From Bdellovibrionota bacterium (lineage in GTDB: Bacteria > Bdellovibrionota > Bdellovibrionia > Bdellovibrionales > JAEYZS01): 64,000 nucleotides of DNA. This document shows, in pieces, positions 37,278 through 48,589 of this stretch (positions are counted from its first letter, which is position 1; each line of letters begins with the position of its first letter). The notes beneath the pieces were generated by a model, which ran no database searches, had not been told where the DNA came from, and worked only from the letters and a program-made list of their open reading frames with translations. The stretch lies in NCBI GenBank assembly GCA_963169805.1, contig CAUJDY010000052.1, positions 19,579 to 83,578 of the forward strand, read 5' to 3'. Position numbers and translations under genes: made by a program.

Positions 37278-38195
37278 ATGGCTCAAATTACCATTAAAGA
37301 AATGCTTAGCTGCGGCGTGCATTTTGGTCACCAAACTCACAGATGGAATCCAAAAATGAAAAACTACGTGTTTGGCGCACGTGCAGGGATTCACATTATT
37401 GATTTACAAAAATCAGTTATCATGGCTCAAAAAGCAGCTGATTTTGTAAAACAAATCGCATCAGAAGGCGGACGCGTAGTATTCGTCGGAACAAAAAAAC
37501 AAGCTGCATCTGTTATTAAAGATGCAGCCACAAAGTGCGGCCAGTTTTACATCACAAAAAGATGGCTGGGTGGAACACTTACAAACTTTGTTACAATTAA
37601 AGCAAGTATCGACAGACTTAGAAAATTAGATCACATGAAAGAAAAGGGAGAGTTTTCTTTTTACAACAAAAAGGAACAAGCTCGTCTTGAGAAAGAATAC
37701 CAAAGACTTCTTGAATATCTAGAAGGTATCCGCGACATGAAAGATCTGCCAAAAGCAATTTTCATCGTAGATCTTAAAAAAGAACACTTAGCTGTTCACG
37801 AAGCAAAAGTTCTTGGTATTCCTGTTGTAGGTGTTGCCGATACAAACTCTGATCCAGATGTTATTCAGTATCCAATTCCAGGTAACGACGATGCAATTCG
37901 CTCGATTCAACTTTTTGCAAACCTTGTAGCGGAAAGCTATTTAGAAGGTGCAAAGATGTATCAAGACAAACTTCGTACAATGACTGATAAAGCTTCTGAT
38001 AACGCTCAAGAAGAGAAGCCACGCAAAAAATCTGCAAAAGCTCAAGAAAAGCAGACTCAAGCAGGTCCTGAGGTTGTTAAGACTAGCAGAAGAAAACTTG
38101 TTGCCGTAGGAACAGCAGAAGACGTTGAAATTGCACAAGAATTAGATGAACAACAAACAGCTCAACCTGCAGCTGAAGATGAATCTGAAAACTAA
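37278..38195 (+). CDS. rpsB: 30S ribosomal protein S2 (with K/E/Q-rich C-terminal extension)
   Basis: MLSCGVHFGHQTHRWNPKM, RWLGGTLTN, DTNSDPD. 305 aa. Confidence 0.98.
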   Translation: MAQITIKEMLSCGVHFGHQTHRWNPKMKNYVFGARAGIHIIDLQKSVIMAQKAADFVKQIASEGGRVVFVGTKKQAASVIKDAATKCGQFYITKRWLGGTLTNFVTIKASIDRLRKLDHMKEKGEFSFYNKKEQARLEKEYQRLLEYLEGIRDMKDLPKAIFIVDLKKEHLAVHEAKVLGIPVVGVADTNSDPDVIQYPIPGNDDAIRSIQLFANLVAESYLEGAKMYQDKLRTMTDKASDNAQEEKPRKKSAKAQEKQTQAGPEVVKTSRRKLVAVGTAEDVEIAQELDEQQTAQPAAEDESEN

Positions 38196-38213
38196 AACAT
38201 AGAGGAGCAGAAA

Positions 38214-39585
<1,372 letters not shown>

Positions 39586-39628
39586 ATCTTCCAAGATTTA
39601 TTTTGGATAGATTTTTAGGAGTTTAAAC

Positions 39629-40186
39629 ATGACAAACCAACTTAAAGCAAAAACAGAAGATACTATGAAAAAGGGCGTAGAAGCTCTTAAGAGGGAATTG
39701 GGCAAAGTGCGCACTGGCAAAGCACAGTTAACAATGCTTGATCCAGTTCGAGTAAATTACTACGGCACATTATCTCCTCTATCTCAAATAGCAGCACTTA
39801 GCACACCGGACCCTAAAACTTTTATGATTGCTCCTTGGGAAGTGAATCAACTCAAAGAAATTGAACAAGCAATCATCAAAAGTGATATTGGCATGACACC
39901 TATTAATGATGGAAAAAAAATTATACTAAAACTACCAGAACTCACTGAGCAACGCCGTAAGGAACTTGTTAAGCAAATTGGGAAAATTGTAGAAGACGCT
40001 CGCGTTGCAATAAGAATGGCTCGCCGTGATGGAATGGAAGAGCTTAAAAAAGCTCTCAAAGATAAAGTCATTAGTGAGGATGAAAACAAAAAGTCTCAGG
40101 ACGATATACAAAAACTTACAGATGATTATATCAAAAAAGTAGATCAACTTGCACAAGACAAAGAAAAAGAATTAATGACGGTATAA
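39629..40186 (+). CDS. frr: Ribosome recycling factor
   Basis: LKRELGKVRTGKA, LTEQRRKELVK. 185 aa. Confidence 0.97.
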   Translation: MTNQLKAKTEDTMKKGVEALKRELGKVRTGKAQLTMLDPVRVNYYGTLSPLSQIAALSTPDPKTFMIAPWEVNQLKEIEQAIIKSDIGMTPINDGKKIILKLPELTEQRRKELVKQIGKIVEDARVAIRMARRDGMEELKKALKDKVISEDENKKSQDDIQKLTDDYIKKVDQLAQDKEKELMTV

Positions 40187-40193
40187 GGTATTT

Positions 40194-40931
40194 GTGAATT
40201 CACTTAGGCACCTTGCTATTATTATGGACGGCAATGGGAGATGGGCGCAAAAACGCAATCGCCCCAGAACTGTTGGTCATGTACAAGGTGTACGTATTGC
40301 AAAAAAAATTATACGCGCATGCTCCGATCTAAAGATACCATTTTTGACTTTATACGCCTTTAGCTCAGAAAACTGGGGTAGGCCTTCTGCAGAAGTCGCA
40401 ATCCTTATGAGACTTCTACACAAGTATCTCAAACGAGAAAAAGAAAATCTTCATAAGCTAAACATTAAAGTTCAGGTTCTAGGCCAAATAGAACGGCTTC
40501 CAGAGGATATCGTTAAAGAAATCGTATCAACGATGGATCTTACAAAGAGTAATACAGGAATGGTTTTGAATATGTGCCTCAGTTACTCAGGCCGTTCAGA
40601 GATAACGGAGGCCTTTAAAAAATTCTACGATTTGAATTTGGAAAAGCCCTTTAATAGAGAAAATATCACACAAGAGTTCATACAAACACTCTTGGAAACC
40701 CACGGAACTCCAGATCCAGACCTTATGATTCGAACAAGCGGTGAAAAACGAATTTCAAATTTCTTGTTATGGCAGCTTGCCTACACAGAATTTTACTTTA
40801 CAGACACCTTGTGGCCAGATTTTAATATTGATGAGCTGGTGGCGGCACTACATGACTTCAAAACACGGCAAAGAAGATTTGGCAGTGTTGAGTCTTCTGG
40901 GCATTCGCATGAGAATCAACTCTCTGAGTAA
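40194..40931 (+). CDS. uppS: Undecaprenyl diphosphate synthase (cis-prenyltransferase)
   Basis: HLAIIMDGNGRWA, LYAFSSENW, IRTSGEKRISNFLLWQLAYTEF. GTG start. Confidence 0.95.
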   Translation: MNSLRHLAIIMDGNGRWAQKRNRPRTVGHVQGVRIAKKIIRACSDLKIPFLTLYAFSSENWGRPSAEVAILMRLLHKYLKREKENLHKLNIKVQVLGQIERLPEDIVKEIVSTMDLTKSNTGMVLNMCLSYSGRSEITEAFKKFYDLNLEKPFNRENITQEFIQTLLETHGTPDPDLMIRTSGEKRISNFLLWQLAYTEFYFTDTLWPDFNIDELVAALHDFKTRQRRFGSVESSGHSHENQLSE

Positions 40932-40954
40932 TCCACAGCTGCTGAGGGGGTATT

Positions 40955-41752
40955 ATGTCAAATCTAACAAAAAGAATTATAACAGCTCTCATACTTGTAG
41001 GCATAGCACTTGGCACTGCCTACCTTGGGCTTGAATACTTTATCTACCTCACTCATTTTTTTGTTTTCCTGTTACAGATTGAACTCGCACGCATGTTTTT
41101 CAAAGATGAAAATAGAATTTTAAGATGGCCCTTCTTGTTTGCTACCTTCATAACCACTCTTATGTACAACTACTTACCCTTCTACTTTACTCCGTTTTTA
41201 TTTTTACTCATACCAACTATGCTGAGTTTGCTTCTGGTGGGTTTATCCGACAGATCCAATGAAGATATTTTAAAAATATCTGGCCTGTTTTCTCTGGGAT
41301 TTGTTTATGTTGGACTACTCCCTTCTTTGACAACTAAAATTTTAATGGTACAAGATGGCCCCTACTGGATGCTTGTTTGCCTAGCTGTCGTATTTTCTGG
41401 AGATGTAGGAGCTTATTTTGTGGGAAGTAGATTTGGTAAGAAAAAAGTTTTACCCCAAGTATCGCCAAATAAATCCTGGGAAGGAGCCATTGGTGGCCTT
41501 GTGTGTTCTACTCTTACATCTGTATTCGTAGGGCAGTACTTTATACCGGAAACATCTGTAATAGCCTTATTACTCAGTGGGTGCTTGGCATCTCTCTTAG
41601 CTCAGTCTGGTGACTTTTTTGAATCACTTATTAAGCGCATAGCAGGACAAAAAGATTCAAGTTCATTTCTACCTGGCCACGGAGGCTTTTTAGATCGATT
41701 TGATGGGCTTATATTTGCGATACCCGTTTATTATTACCTATCACTCTATTAA
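40955..41752 (+). CDS. cdsA: Phosphatidate cytidylyltransferase
   Basis: Polytopic membrane protein with the CdsA signature SPNKSWEGAIGG...SLIKRIAGQKDSS..LPGHGGFLDRFD. Confidence 0.9.
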   Translation: MSNLTKRIITALILVGIALGTAYLGLEYFIYLTHFFVFLLQIELARMFFKDENRILRWPFLFATFITTLMYNYLPFYFTPFLFLLIPTMLSLLLVGLSDRSNEDILKISGLFSLGFVYVGLLPSLTTKILMVQDGPYWMLVCLAVVFSGDVGAYFVGSRFGKKKVLPQVSPNKSWEGAIGGLVCSTLTSVFVGQYFIPETSVIALLLSGCLASLLAQSGDFFESLIKRIAGQKDSSSFLPGHGGFLDRFDGLIFAIPVYYYLSLY

Positions 41753-41867
41753 CACTTTTGTTAATTCGTGTAATTATAGACACACTTCATGAAACCTGGA
41801 TTTATCAGAGCGTGCTCTCTCAAACAGGTATTGCGAAATCGCCTCTAACGAATTACTATCAGAGACT

Positions 41868-43526
41868 ATGGAATTAATTACCGCTTATATACAACAAGGC
41901 CTTTCTTTTATTATCCCACTTATTATCCTTCTAGGACTTTTGATTTTTGTCCATGAACTAGGGCACTTTCTAGTAGCAAAGTTTTATGGTGTTAGAGTTG
42001 AAGTTTTTAGCTTAGGGTTTGGAAAGAAACTGTTTAAATACAAAAAGGGTGACACTGAATATTGCCTATCACTCATTCCTTTTGGGGGATACGTAAAAAT
42101 GTTTGGTGATGAACCAACCTCTGAAGTATCTGCAGAGGATAAAAAATTTGCCTTTAACCACAAACCTGTAGGACAGAGAATTGCGATTGTACTTGCCGGC
42201 CCTTTAATGAACTTCTTTTTTGCAATTGTACTGTTTGCCGCCATATCTGTAATTGGAGAAGAAACAATTCTTCCAATGGTCGGAGATGTAGCAAAAAATA
42301 CTCCTGCATATTCTGCAGGTTTTAGATCAGGAGACAAGATTGTACAAATTAACTCTCAGCCAGTTCAAACATGGGAGAACGTACAAACACTTGTAGAGGC
42401 AAATTCCGATAAGGAACTCACTTTTAAAATCGAACGCTTTGCTAATAACGAGCAGCTTGAAATAAAAGCCACGCCCAAACTTTCTCCTAACAAGAATATA
42501 CTTTCTAATCAGGAATATGTGGGAGAAGTTGAAGGCCTTTCCTTTGCTTCATCTGCATCAACCATCGGGATCACATCTGAGCAAGCTCCTGCCTATAAAG
42601 CCGGGCTACGCACGGGTGACCAAATTATAGAAGTGAATGGCGTTAAAACTCAAAGGTTTAAGGAAGTTATTGCTGCTATCAATTCTTCAGCCACCGATGT
42701 CGTATCACTCAAAATTCGGCCACAGGATGAAAAAGCAACCGCCTACACTATTGAGCTAACCAAACAATTACCTGCAGAAGATTTTTTAGCAGCGAATGGA
42801 ATTGAGCGTTCAGACCTGTATGTTTCAAAAGTTGTAGATGGTTCTGCAGCAAGTAAGGCGGGACTAAAATCTGGAGACCGGATTATAAGCATTAAGGGCT
42901 CAGAACTAAGCTCTTGGCAAGAAGTCGTAGGACTTGTTCAATCTTACCAAGAAGGACAGACTGCTCTACCCGTTGTTATCAACCGAAACGGTCAAACTGT
43001 AAATTTGGAAATCACACCAGAAATAACAACTCAAACACTTGCAACAGGAAAAGAAAAACAAGTTTATGCTCTTGGAGTTGTAACAGCTATGATGCTGGCC
43101 CCACCTTTTACTTTTGTTGAGAGAACAACAAATCCTTTTTCTGCAATTAAAAATGGAGTCCAAAAGTCAATTTACTGGACGCAGGCGACTGTAATGTCGT
43201 TTGTGAGACTTATTCAGAATAAAGTTTCTGCAAAATCGATTGGAGGCCCAATTATGATTGGTCAACTAGCCTCTAAAACTTTTGCAATTGGAATTAGCCC
43301 ATTTTTAAAAATCATGGCCATTATTTCTATTAATCTTTTTGTGCTGAACTTATTGCCTGTTCCCATCTTAGATGGTGGCCATCTTGTATTTTATACGATT
43401 GAAGCAATTAAGGGCGCTCCGCTGAGCATGAGAAAAATGGAAATTGCTCAACAAGTGGGATTGTTTTTATTGATGGGGCTTATGATTTTTGCACTCATCA
43501 ATGATGTAAGTCGCCTCTTTCAGTAA
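41868..43526 (+). CDS. rseP: Site-2 (RIP) zinc metalloprotease RseP with three PDZ-like modules
   Basis: HELGH at residues 29-33. The C-terminal NLLPVPILDGGH motif. Three repeats of the PDZ carboxylate-loop context: AGFRSGDKIV, AGLRTGDQII, AGLKSGDRII. Confidence 0.9.
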   Translation: MELITAYIQQGLSFIIPLIILLGLLIFVHELGHFLVAKFYGVRVEVFSLGFGKKLFKYKKGDTEYCLSLIPFGGYVKMFGDEPTSEVSAEDKKFAFNHKPVGQRIAIVLAGPLMNFFFAIVLFAAISVIGEETILPMVGDVAKNTPAYSAGFRSGDKIVQINSQPVQTWENVQTLVEANSDKELTFKIERFANNEQLEIKATPKLSPNKNILSNQEYVGEVEGLSFASSASTIGITSEQAPAYKAGLRTGDQIIEVNGVKTQRFKEVIAAINSSATDVVSLKIRPQDEKATAYTIELTKQLPAEDFLAANGIERSDLYVSKVVDGSAASKAGLKSGDRIISIKGSELSSWQEVVGLVQSYQEGQTALPVVINRNGQTVNLEITPEITTQTLATGKEKQVYALGVVTAMMLAPPFTFVERTTNPFSAIKNGVQKSIYWTQATVMSFVRLIQNKVSAKSIGGPIMIGQLASKTFAIGISPFLKIMAIISINLFVLNLLPVPILDGGHLVFYTIEAIKGAPLSMRKMEIAQQVGLFLLMGLMIFALINDVSRLFQ

Positions 43527-44164
43527 TGTCAGCACGCTTAGCTTTTGATACTACACACTCAACAGGAAGTCTTTATATAGAGACTTCCTCTGGGTCTGAT
43601 TTTATTTCTTGGGAATCTGATAAATCTCATTCAGAAATCATTTTTGAAAAAATGCAGCTTCTTTTTTCAAAACACTCTGTTGAACCTAAGAATTTAACTG
43701 AATTAATTGTAAACTTTGGCCCCGGAAGCTTTACGGGTATTCGAATAAGCGTGAATATAGTTAAGACTCTTAGTTACTCATTAAGCATCCCAATATACGC
43801 CTACAATTCTTTGGATATCATTTCACACAGCATTGAGAGTAAATCATTGTTGGTAGGAGTTAACGCACATAGTGGTCTTTGCTATACAAAAGATAAGAAT
43901 TCTTCTGAGATTTTAGTTTTGAATATAGATCAAATTAACAGTCTCTTAAAAAATCAAATGTACACTTTGGCTGGAGACTTTTTTCATTTGTTTAAAGCAG
44001 AACTAATCCCTCATTCTAATATTTTACCCCTTGCTGATGGACTTAGTGATGCAAAAAAATTATTTCTTAGACATGAATTTCAACCTTCACAGGCACTCAA
44101 GTGGTCCGAGCTTAATCCTTTTTACGTTCGCAAGTCTTCACCTGAAGAAAAATTAAAACAGTAA
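43526..44164 (+). CDS. tsaB: tRNA t6A biosynthesis protein TsaB (YeaZ)
   Basis: LAFDTT...GS N-terminus and GPGSFTGIRISV motif. TAATG overlap with rseP. Confidence 0.8.
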   Translation: MSARLAFDTTHSTGSLYIETSSGSDFISWESDKSHSEIIFEKMQLLFSKHSVEPKNLTELIVNFGPGSFTGIRISVNIVKTLSYSLSIPIYAYNSLDIISHSIESKSLLVGVNAHSGLCYTKDKNSSEILVLNIDQINSLLKNQMYTLAGDFFHLFKAELIPHSNILPLADGLSDAKKLFLRHEFQPSQALKWSELNPFYVRKSSPEEKLKQ

Positions 44165-44265
44165 TTTCCTCACAAGGTATCTGGACTTTGGTCCAAACTA
44201 CCCTGAAGGCTAGCCTGCTAGAATAACCTTGTTTTTAGTCGATATTTTGATGTTAAAATGAATAT

Positions 44266-44853
44266 ATGAGCCAAAGACTTGATTTACAATACTACGAAAT
44301 ACTAGGTTTAAACCCATCTGCTTCTATTGAAGAAATTGAATCTGCCTATCAAAAGGCTAGGCAAATTTATTCAGAAATAAATCCAGAGTTCACCTCTTCC
44401 TTTGATGAAGAGGAGGCTAAAGAGCTTATGACTTGGGTTGAAGAAGCTTATCAGGAGCTTTGTAAGAAGCTCAGAAATCAGAATGCTTATATTAAATCTT
44501 CCAAGGCCGAGTATCAATTTGACGTGGAGTCTACCACTGACTACTCAGACTCTTTTGATGACCTTATTGACCCACAACTTGAGAACGAATTACTGAAAGC
44601 ATCTTTTTACGATGGTCTACTTCTTAAAAAAGTGCGCCTGAAGAAGAACATCTCTTTAAACTTTATATCAACTAAAACATGCATAGGTGTTCACCACCTA
44701 ATTGCAATAGAAGCCAATGACTTCTCTGCTCTACCTGCGGCAGTATTTGTTAGAAGTTATGTAAAGCAAATCGCACAAATTTTAGGACTTGATGCAAAAG
44801 AGGTTTCCGATTCTTACATGAGACTCTATATTGAAGCTCGTGGCGAAGACTAA
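44266..44853 (+). CDS. Degenerate J-like domain + RodZ-type HTH_25 domain protein
   Basis: N-terminus YYEILGLNPSASIEEIESAYQKARQIY is J-domain helix I/II, but HPD is replaced by INPE. The C-terminus LKKVRLKKNISLNFIS...LPAAVFVRSYVKQIAQILGLD parallels the RodZ N-terminus at 2959. Confidence 0.5.
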   Translation: MSQRLDLQYYEILGLNPSASIEEIESAYQKARQIYSEINPEFTSSFDEEEAKELMTWVEEAYQELCKKLRNQNAYIKSSKAEYQFDVESTTDYSDSFDDLIDPQLENELLKASFYDGLLLKKVRLKKNISLNFISTKTCIGVHHLIAIEANDFSALPAAVFVRSYVKQIAQILGLDAKEVSDSYMRLYIEARGED

Positions 44854-45805
44854 AAAAATTCTACATTCTATATTGCAAAATCAAACCAATCAGAGGATCG
44901 ACAAGATCCTCTCTTTATTTCCAGATATTGGCTCACGGACTAAAGCTCAATGGCTTATAGAAAATAACTTCATAAAGATAAACAATAAAGCAGTTAAAGC
45001 TTCTTATTTAGTTCAATTAGATGACGCCGTTGAAATAGAAATACCTGTTGAAGGTTCTACTTCAGAACTTACTCCTTATAACATACCCCTTGAAATTTTA
45101 TTTGAAGATGATGATCTTATTGTTGTAAATAAGCCTGCACCACTTGTTGTGCATCCTGCTCACGGACATACAGATAAGACTCTCGTCAACGCACTTATGT
45201 ACCATACAAAAAATCTTTCAATGGGTTTTGCTGAAAATAGACCAGGAATTGTGCATCGTCTAGATAAAGAAACTTCAGGTCTTCTTGTTGTAGCGAAAAA
45301 TAATTTTTCTCAAGAATTTCTTGCGCATCAATTTAAGGAAAGAACCATTCAAAGAAAATACTGGGCAATTTGTTACGGCTCATTTAAAGAAAAAAACTTA
45401 AGAATTGAAACCTATCTCGCAAGACACCCTACGCATAGAAAAAAATTTGCCTCTACTGATAACGGAGGCAAATACTCTGCAACCAATGTTACTGTTTTAA
45501 AGGAATCTACAAAAGGAGTTAGCTTGATAGAGTGCCGACTTGAAACCGGCCGAACACACCAAATTCGCGTCCATCTATCAGAAAAAATGCATCCCATATT
45601 GGGCGATAAACTTTATGGATCTGACAGCAAACTTAGCTCGATTAAATCTCTGCTAGATCGAAAAAAAATTGAAAGCTTAAATAGAATAGCTCTTCATGCA
45701 AAAGAGTTAGGATTTATTCATCCCAAAACACGCGAACATATATTTTTTGAGTCTGACTTTCCAGAATGTTTATCTTTGTTAGCAAAAGATTTGAATCTAT
45801 TATGA
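44831..45805 (+). CDS. rluD: 23S rRNA pseudouridine synthase, RluA/RluD family
   Basis: S4-like N-terminus, catalytic HRLDKETSGLLVVAKN, and GRTHQIRVH. The start is uncertain: TTG 44831 or GTG 44840. Confidence 0.9.
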   Translation: MKLVAKTKKILHSILQNQTNQRIDKILSLFPDIGSRTKAQWLIENNFIKINNKAVKASYLVQLDDAVEIEIPVEGSTSELTPYNIPLEILFEDDDLIVVNKPAPLVVHPAHGHTDKTLVNALMYHTKNLSMGFAENRPGIVHRLDKETSGLLVVAKNNFSQEFLAHQFKERTIQRKYWAICYGSFKEKNLRIETYLARHPTHRKKFASTDNGGKYSATNVTVLKESTKGVSLIECRLETGRTHQIRVHLSEKMHPILGDKLYGSDSKLSSIKSLLDRKKIESLNRIALHAKELGFIHPKTREHIFFESDFPECLSLLAKDLNLL

Positions 45806-46482
45806 AGGCTACACCTATTCTATATAATAACATTTTATACGGGTTTGAATTCAGATTTGAAAGTGCGCTCATTTTTTACGGCACAAAAGCATGCGACTTA
45901 GAGACACTCAAAAAACTATTTCCTCAAAAATTCATAAAACTTAAGCAAACTCATTCAGATAAACTTGTTCAAACTTTGTCTAACACTTCAGATGACATAG
46001 TTGCAGATGCTCACTGGTCAAATGACCTACACACTGGGCTTCTGATACAAACAGCAGATTGCCTACCCGTCATGATATATGACTCAGCTTCAAAGAAAAT
46101 TTCTGCTATTCATGCAGGATGGAGAGGTATTGTAAATAGAATCATTCCAAAAACAATTTCTAGTCTCTATGATCTCAACTCAAAACTTCATATCTATATT
46201 GGACCGTGCATTCATGATATCAGCTTTGAGATTGATAAAGATGTTTTTGAACAACTGCAAATCTGCACAAAAACACCTAATTCATTTGGACGATTTGTAG
46301 CTGAAAAAAATAAATACCATTATGATCTGCTAAAGGTTGCGCGTAGCCAGATTGAAGAATTGAATATTCCATTTAATTTAGAAATACTAAATGAAAATAC
46401 TTTTACAAATACCAGTTTTTCATCATACAGAAGAGAAAAAGGACCGTGCCGCAATTGGAGCTTTATTCTGAGATCCAAGTAA
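45802..46482 (+). CDS. pgeF: YfiH/PgeF-family protein (laccase-domain / peptidoglycan editing factor)
   Basis: LKQTHSDK, QTADCLPV, AIHAGWRG motifs. ATGA overlap with the rluD stop. rluD-yfiH synteny as in E. coli. Confidence 0.85.
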   Translation: MKATPILYNNILYGFEFRFESALIFYGTKACDLETLKKLFPQKFIKLKQTHSDKLVQTLSNTSDDIVADAHWSNDLHTGLLIQTADCLPVMIYDSASKKISAIHAGWRGIVNRIIPKTISSLYDLNSKLHIYIGPCIHDISFEIDKDVFEQLQICTKTPNSFGRFVAEKNKYHYDLLKVARSQIEELNIPFNLEILNENTFTNTSFSSYRREKGPCRNWSFILRSK

Positions 46483-47065
46483 TGCGCCCCTCAGCTTGCC
46501 TTGCTGCCTTTGGTGGTTCATGATCAGGCCAACCTAAAACAACTGCACAGAGCAGCTCTATCTCACTTCCTTCGGGCACTTTAAGAGATTTTATATTTAA
46601 AAAATGGTCTACTTCATTTTTAATTTCTAAAGGCGCCCCCATAGGACAGGTTCCAAGTCCTTCAGCAACAGCTGCTAAAATAAGATTTTGAACTGCCATA
46701 TAAACACTGCCTATTGAAGTATGGTATCTTTCTTCTTTGTCATTCAAAGAATAGCAAAAAATAATAACTGGCGCGTCTCCAAGAGTATAAAAAAATCTTT
46801 CTGTAAATTCATATAAGGAAGGTTTTAATCTTTTTTGCAAAATATCTTTAATTCCAAGCCAGCTTTTTTGTGAATACTTGAGATATTCATCTCTTTTCTT
46901 TCCCTGAACTACAAAAAATCTCCAGTTTTGTCTATTTTTACCAGAGGGCGCATGTAGTGCTGCACTCAGTACCTTTTCTAGGATCTCTTTTGAAACTGGA
47001 TCCTTCTTGAATTTTCGAATAGATTTTCTCGATTCTATTAACCTGTATAAGTCAGCCGAATTCAC
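46463..47065 (-). CDS. Nitroreductase-family flavoprotein
   Basis: RKSIRKFKKDPV...LSAALHAPSGKNRQNWRF is the typical nitroreductase N-terminus. Confidence 0.85.
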   Translation of the reverse strand: MNSADLYRLIESRKSIRKFKKDPVSKEILEKVLSAALHAPSGKNRQNWRFFVVQGKKRDEYLKYSQKSWLGIKDILQKRLKPSLYEFTERFFYTLGDAPVIIFCYSLNDKEERYHTSIGSVYMAVQNLILAAVAEGLGTCPMGAPLEIKNEVDHFLNIKSLKVPEGSEIELLCAVVLGWPDHEPPKAARQAEGRITWISE

Positions 47066-47127
47066 AGAGCTTCCCCTTGGTCTTGTTTTGGAGTTGTCAT
47101 TTACTGTTCTAAACTAAAAAGTTAAAA

Positions 47128-47562
47128 TTGAGTATGTTAAAAATTCCTCTTCTATTCGTCTTTGGGTCTCTTGTTGTTTTTGCTTTAACAATAAAGCAAG
47201 ATGAGCCAAAATCGTTTAGAAAAATTCTCTCCACTCTTTCTTATTCAACCTCGGACGGAATTCCTCATCAAGTTCTAAAAATTAAAACAGAAAAAGGCAT
47301 TAACATAGAAATTTACAATACATCCTCTAACTTCCCATCCTTAACTTCTAAATTTGAAGTTATTGGTGAAAAAGATGGATATTTTGTACTGGGCGGCAGC
47401 GGAACCAACCTTGCTTTATTTGACATTGATCACGATCTAAAACAAGAAATTCTTATCCCTACCTTTGATAAAAATCTGACAGCCAAACTAGATATTATAA
47501 AGTATGATGAAAACTCAAAACGATTTATAATTTTTCAAGACACAGTTTACACTACTTATTAG
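47128..47562 (+). CDS. Membrane-anchored hypothetical protein (144 aa)
   Basis: N-terminal hydrophobic helix. No motif recognised. The start is TTG 47128 or ATG 47134. Confidence 0.4.
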   Translation: MSMLKIPLLFVFGSLVVFALTIKQDEPKSFRKILSTLSYSTSDGIPHQVLKIKTEKGINIEIYNTSSNFPSLTSKFEVIGEKDGYFVLGGSGTNLALFDIDHDLKQEILIPTFDKNLTAKLDIIKYDENSKRFIIFQDTVYTTY

Positions 47563-48589
47563 ACTTTAAATTTCTCCAAGACTTTCCTTGTCTTGCTTTT
47601 CGATTCATTTGGTACTCTTTGACTGCCTTATTGTGCTCTTCATATGTTTTTGAAAAATAGTGTCGCCCCTCGTTCATACTCACAAAATATAAATAATCTG
47701 TCTGTGCTGGATTTTTTACTGCCTCTAATGCTTCTTTCCCGGGGTTTGCAATTGGAGACAATGGAAGTCCACGAATATAGTACGTATTGAAATCGCTTGG
47801 ATGTAAAATATCAGATTTCCTTATATTATTAATCAAAGCCCCTCGCTCCATAGCAATTCCATATATAATGGTAGGATCCGACTGCAGCTTCATACCTTTT
47901 TTAAGGCGATTATAAAAAACAGAGGCTATCGTAGATCTCTCTTCTTCGGCGCCCGTTTCCTTTTCAACCATACTTGCAAGTGTTGTCATAGTGTGAAGCT
48001 TCTTTTTGTCCCCTTGCCATTCAGGAGCTACCTCACTAAGGACTGTAAAAAACTGTCTAACTTGTGCTCGAATTAAAATTTCAATGGGCATATTCTTTTG
48101 GTAATAATATGTCTCTGGGTACAGGTACCCCTCTAAGCTTTTATGGTTTTCTCCCAGAAGCTCTTGGATTAGCTTAGGATCTTGCACCTTCTTAAGAAAC
48201 TCTTCTTTTGTTGCGAGCCCTTTATCTTGAATAATACTAGCCATTTCAAATATATTTATTCCCTCTTTGAAAGTAATAGGGCGTGATACACTCTTACCTG
48301 ATGCAAGTACTCTTAATATCTCAGGAGCAGACATACTAGATGTAAACTCATATTCTCCTTTTTGAACAATAGTACGCGTAATAAGACGCGCGAGAATCTC
48401 TGTTATGAGGGCATTTTTTAAAATACCTTCTTTTTGTAAATATTGAAGGTGAGAGCGAAGAGATCCAGAGTAGACTTCATGTACTATTTTTTTATCGCCG
48501 CCCACGGGCAGAGTTTGAGTATAAAGATAAGTTAAGCTCACAAAGAATGCGAGTAAGCTCAGAGCTACAATGTACTTCACAAACTTCAA
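47552..48589 (-). CDS. mltG: Endolytic murein transglycosylase MltG (YceG family)
   Basis: N-terminal TM. YceG block ASMVEKETGAEEERSTIASVFYNRLKKGMKLQSDPTIIYG and the C-terminal YNTY..GLP. The TTG start overlaps the astD stop. Confidence 0.9.
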   Translation of the reverse strand: MKFVKYIVALSLLAFFVSLTYLYTQTLPVGGDKKIVHEVYSGSLRSHLQYLQKEGILKNALITEILARLITRTIVQKGEYEFTSSMSAPEILRVLASGKSVSRPITFKEGINIFEMASIIQDKGLATKEEFLKKVQDPKLIQELLGENHKSLEGYLYPETYYYQKNMPIEILIRAQVRQFFTVLSEVAPEWQGDKKKLHTMTTLASMVEKETGAEEERSTIASVFYNRLKKGMKLQSDPTIIYGIAMERGALINNIRKSDILHPSDFNTYYIRGLPLSPIANPGKEALEAVKNPAQTDYLYFVSMNEGRHYFSKTYEEHNKAVKEYQMNRKARQGKSWRNLKSNK

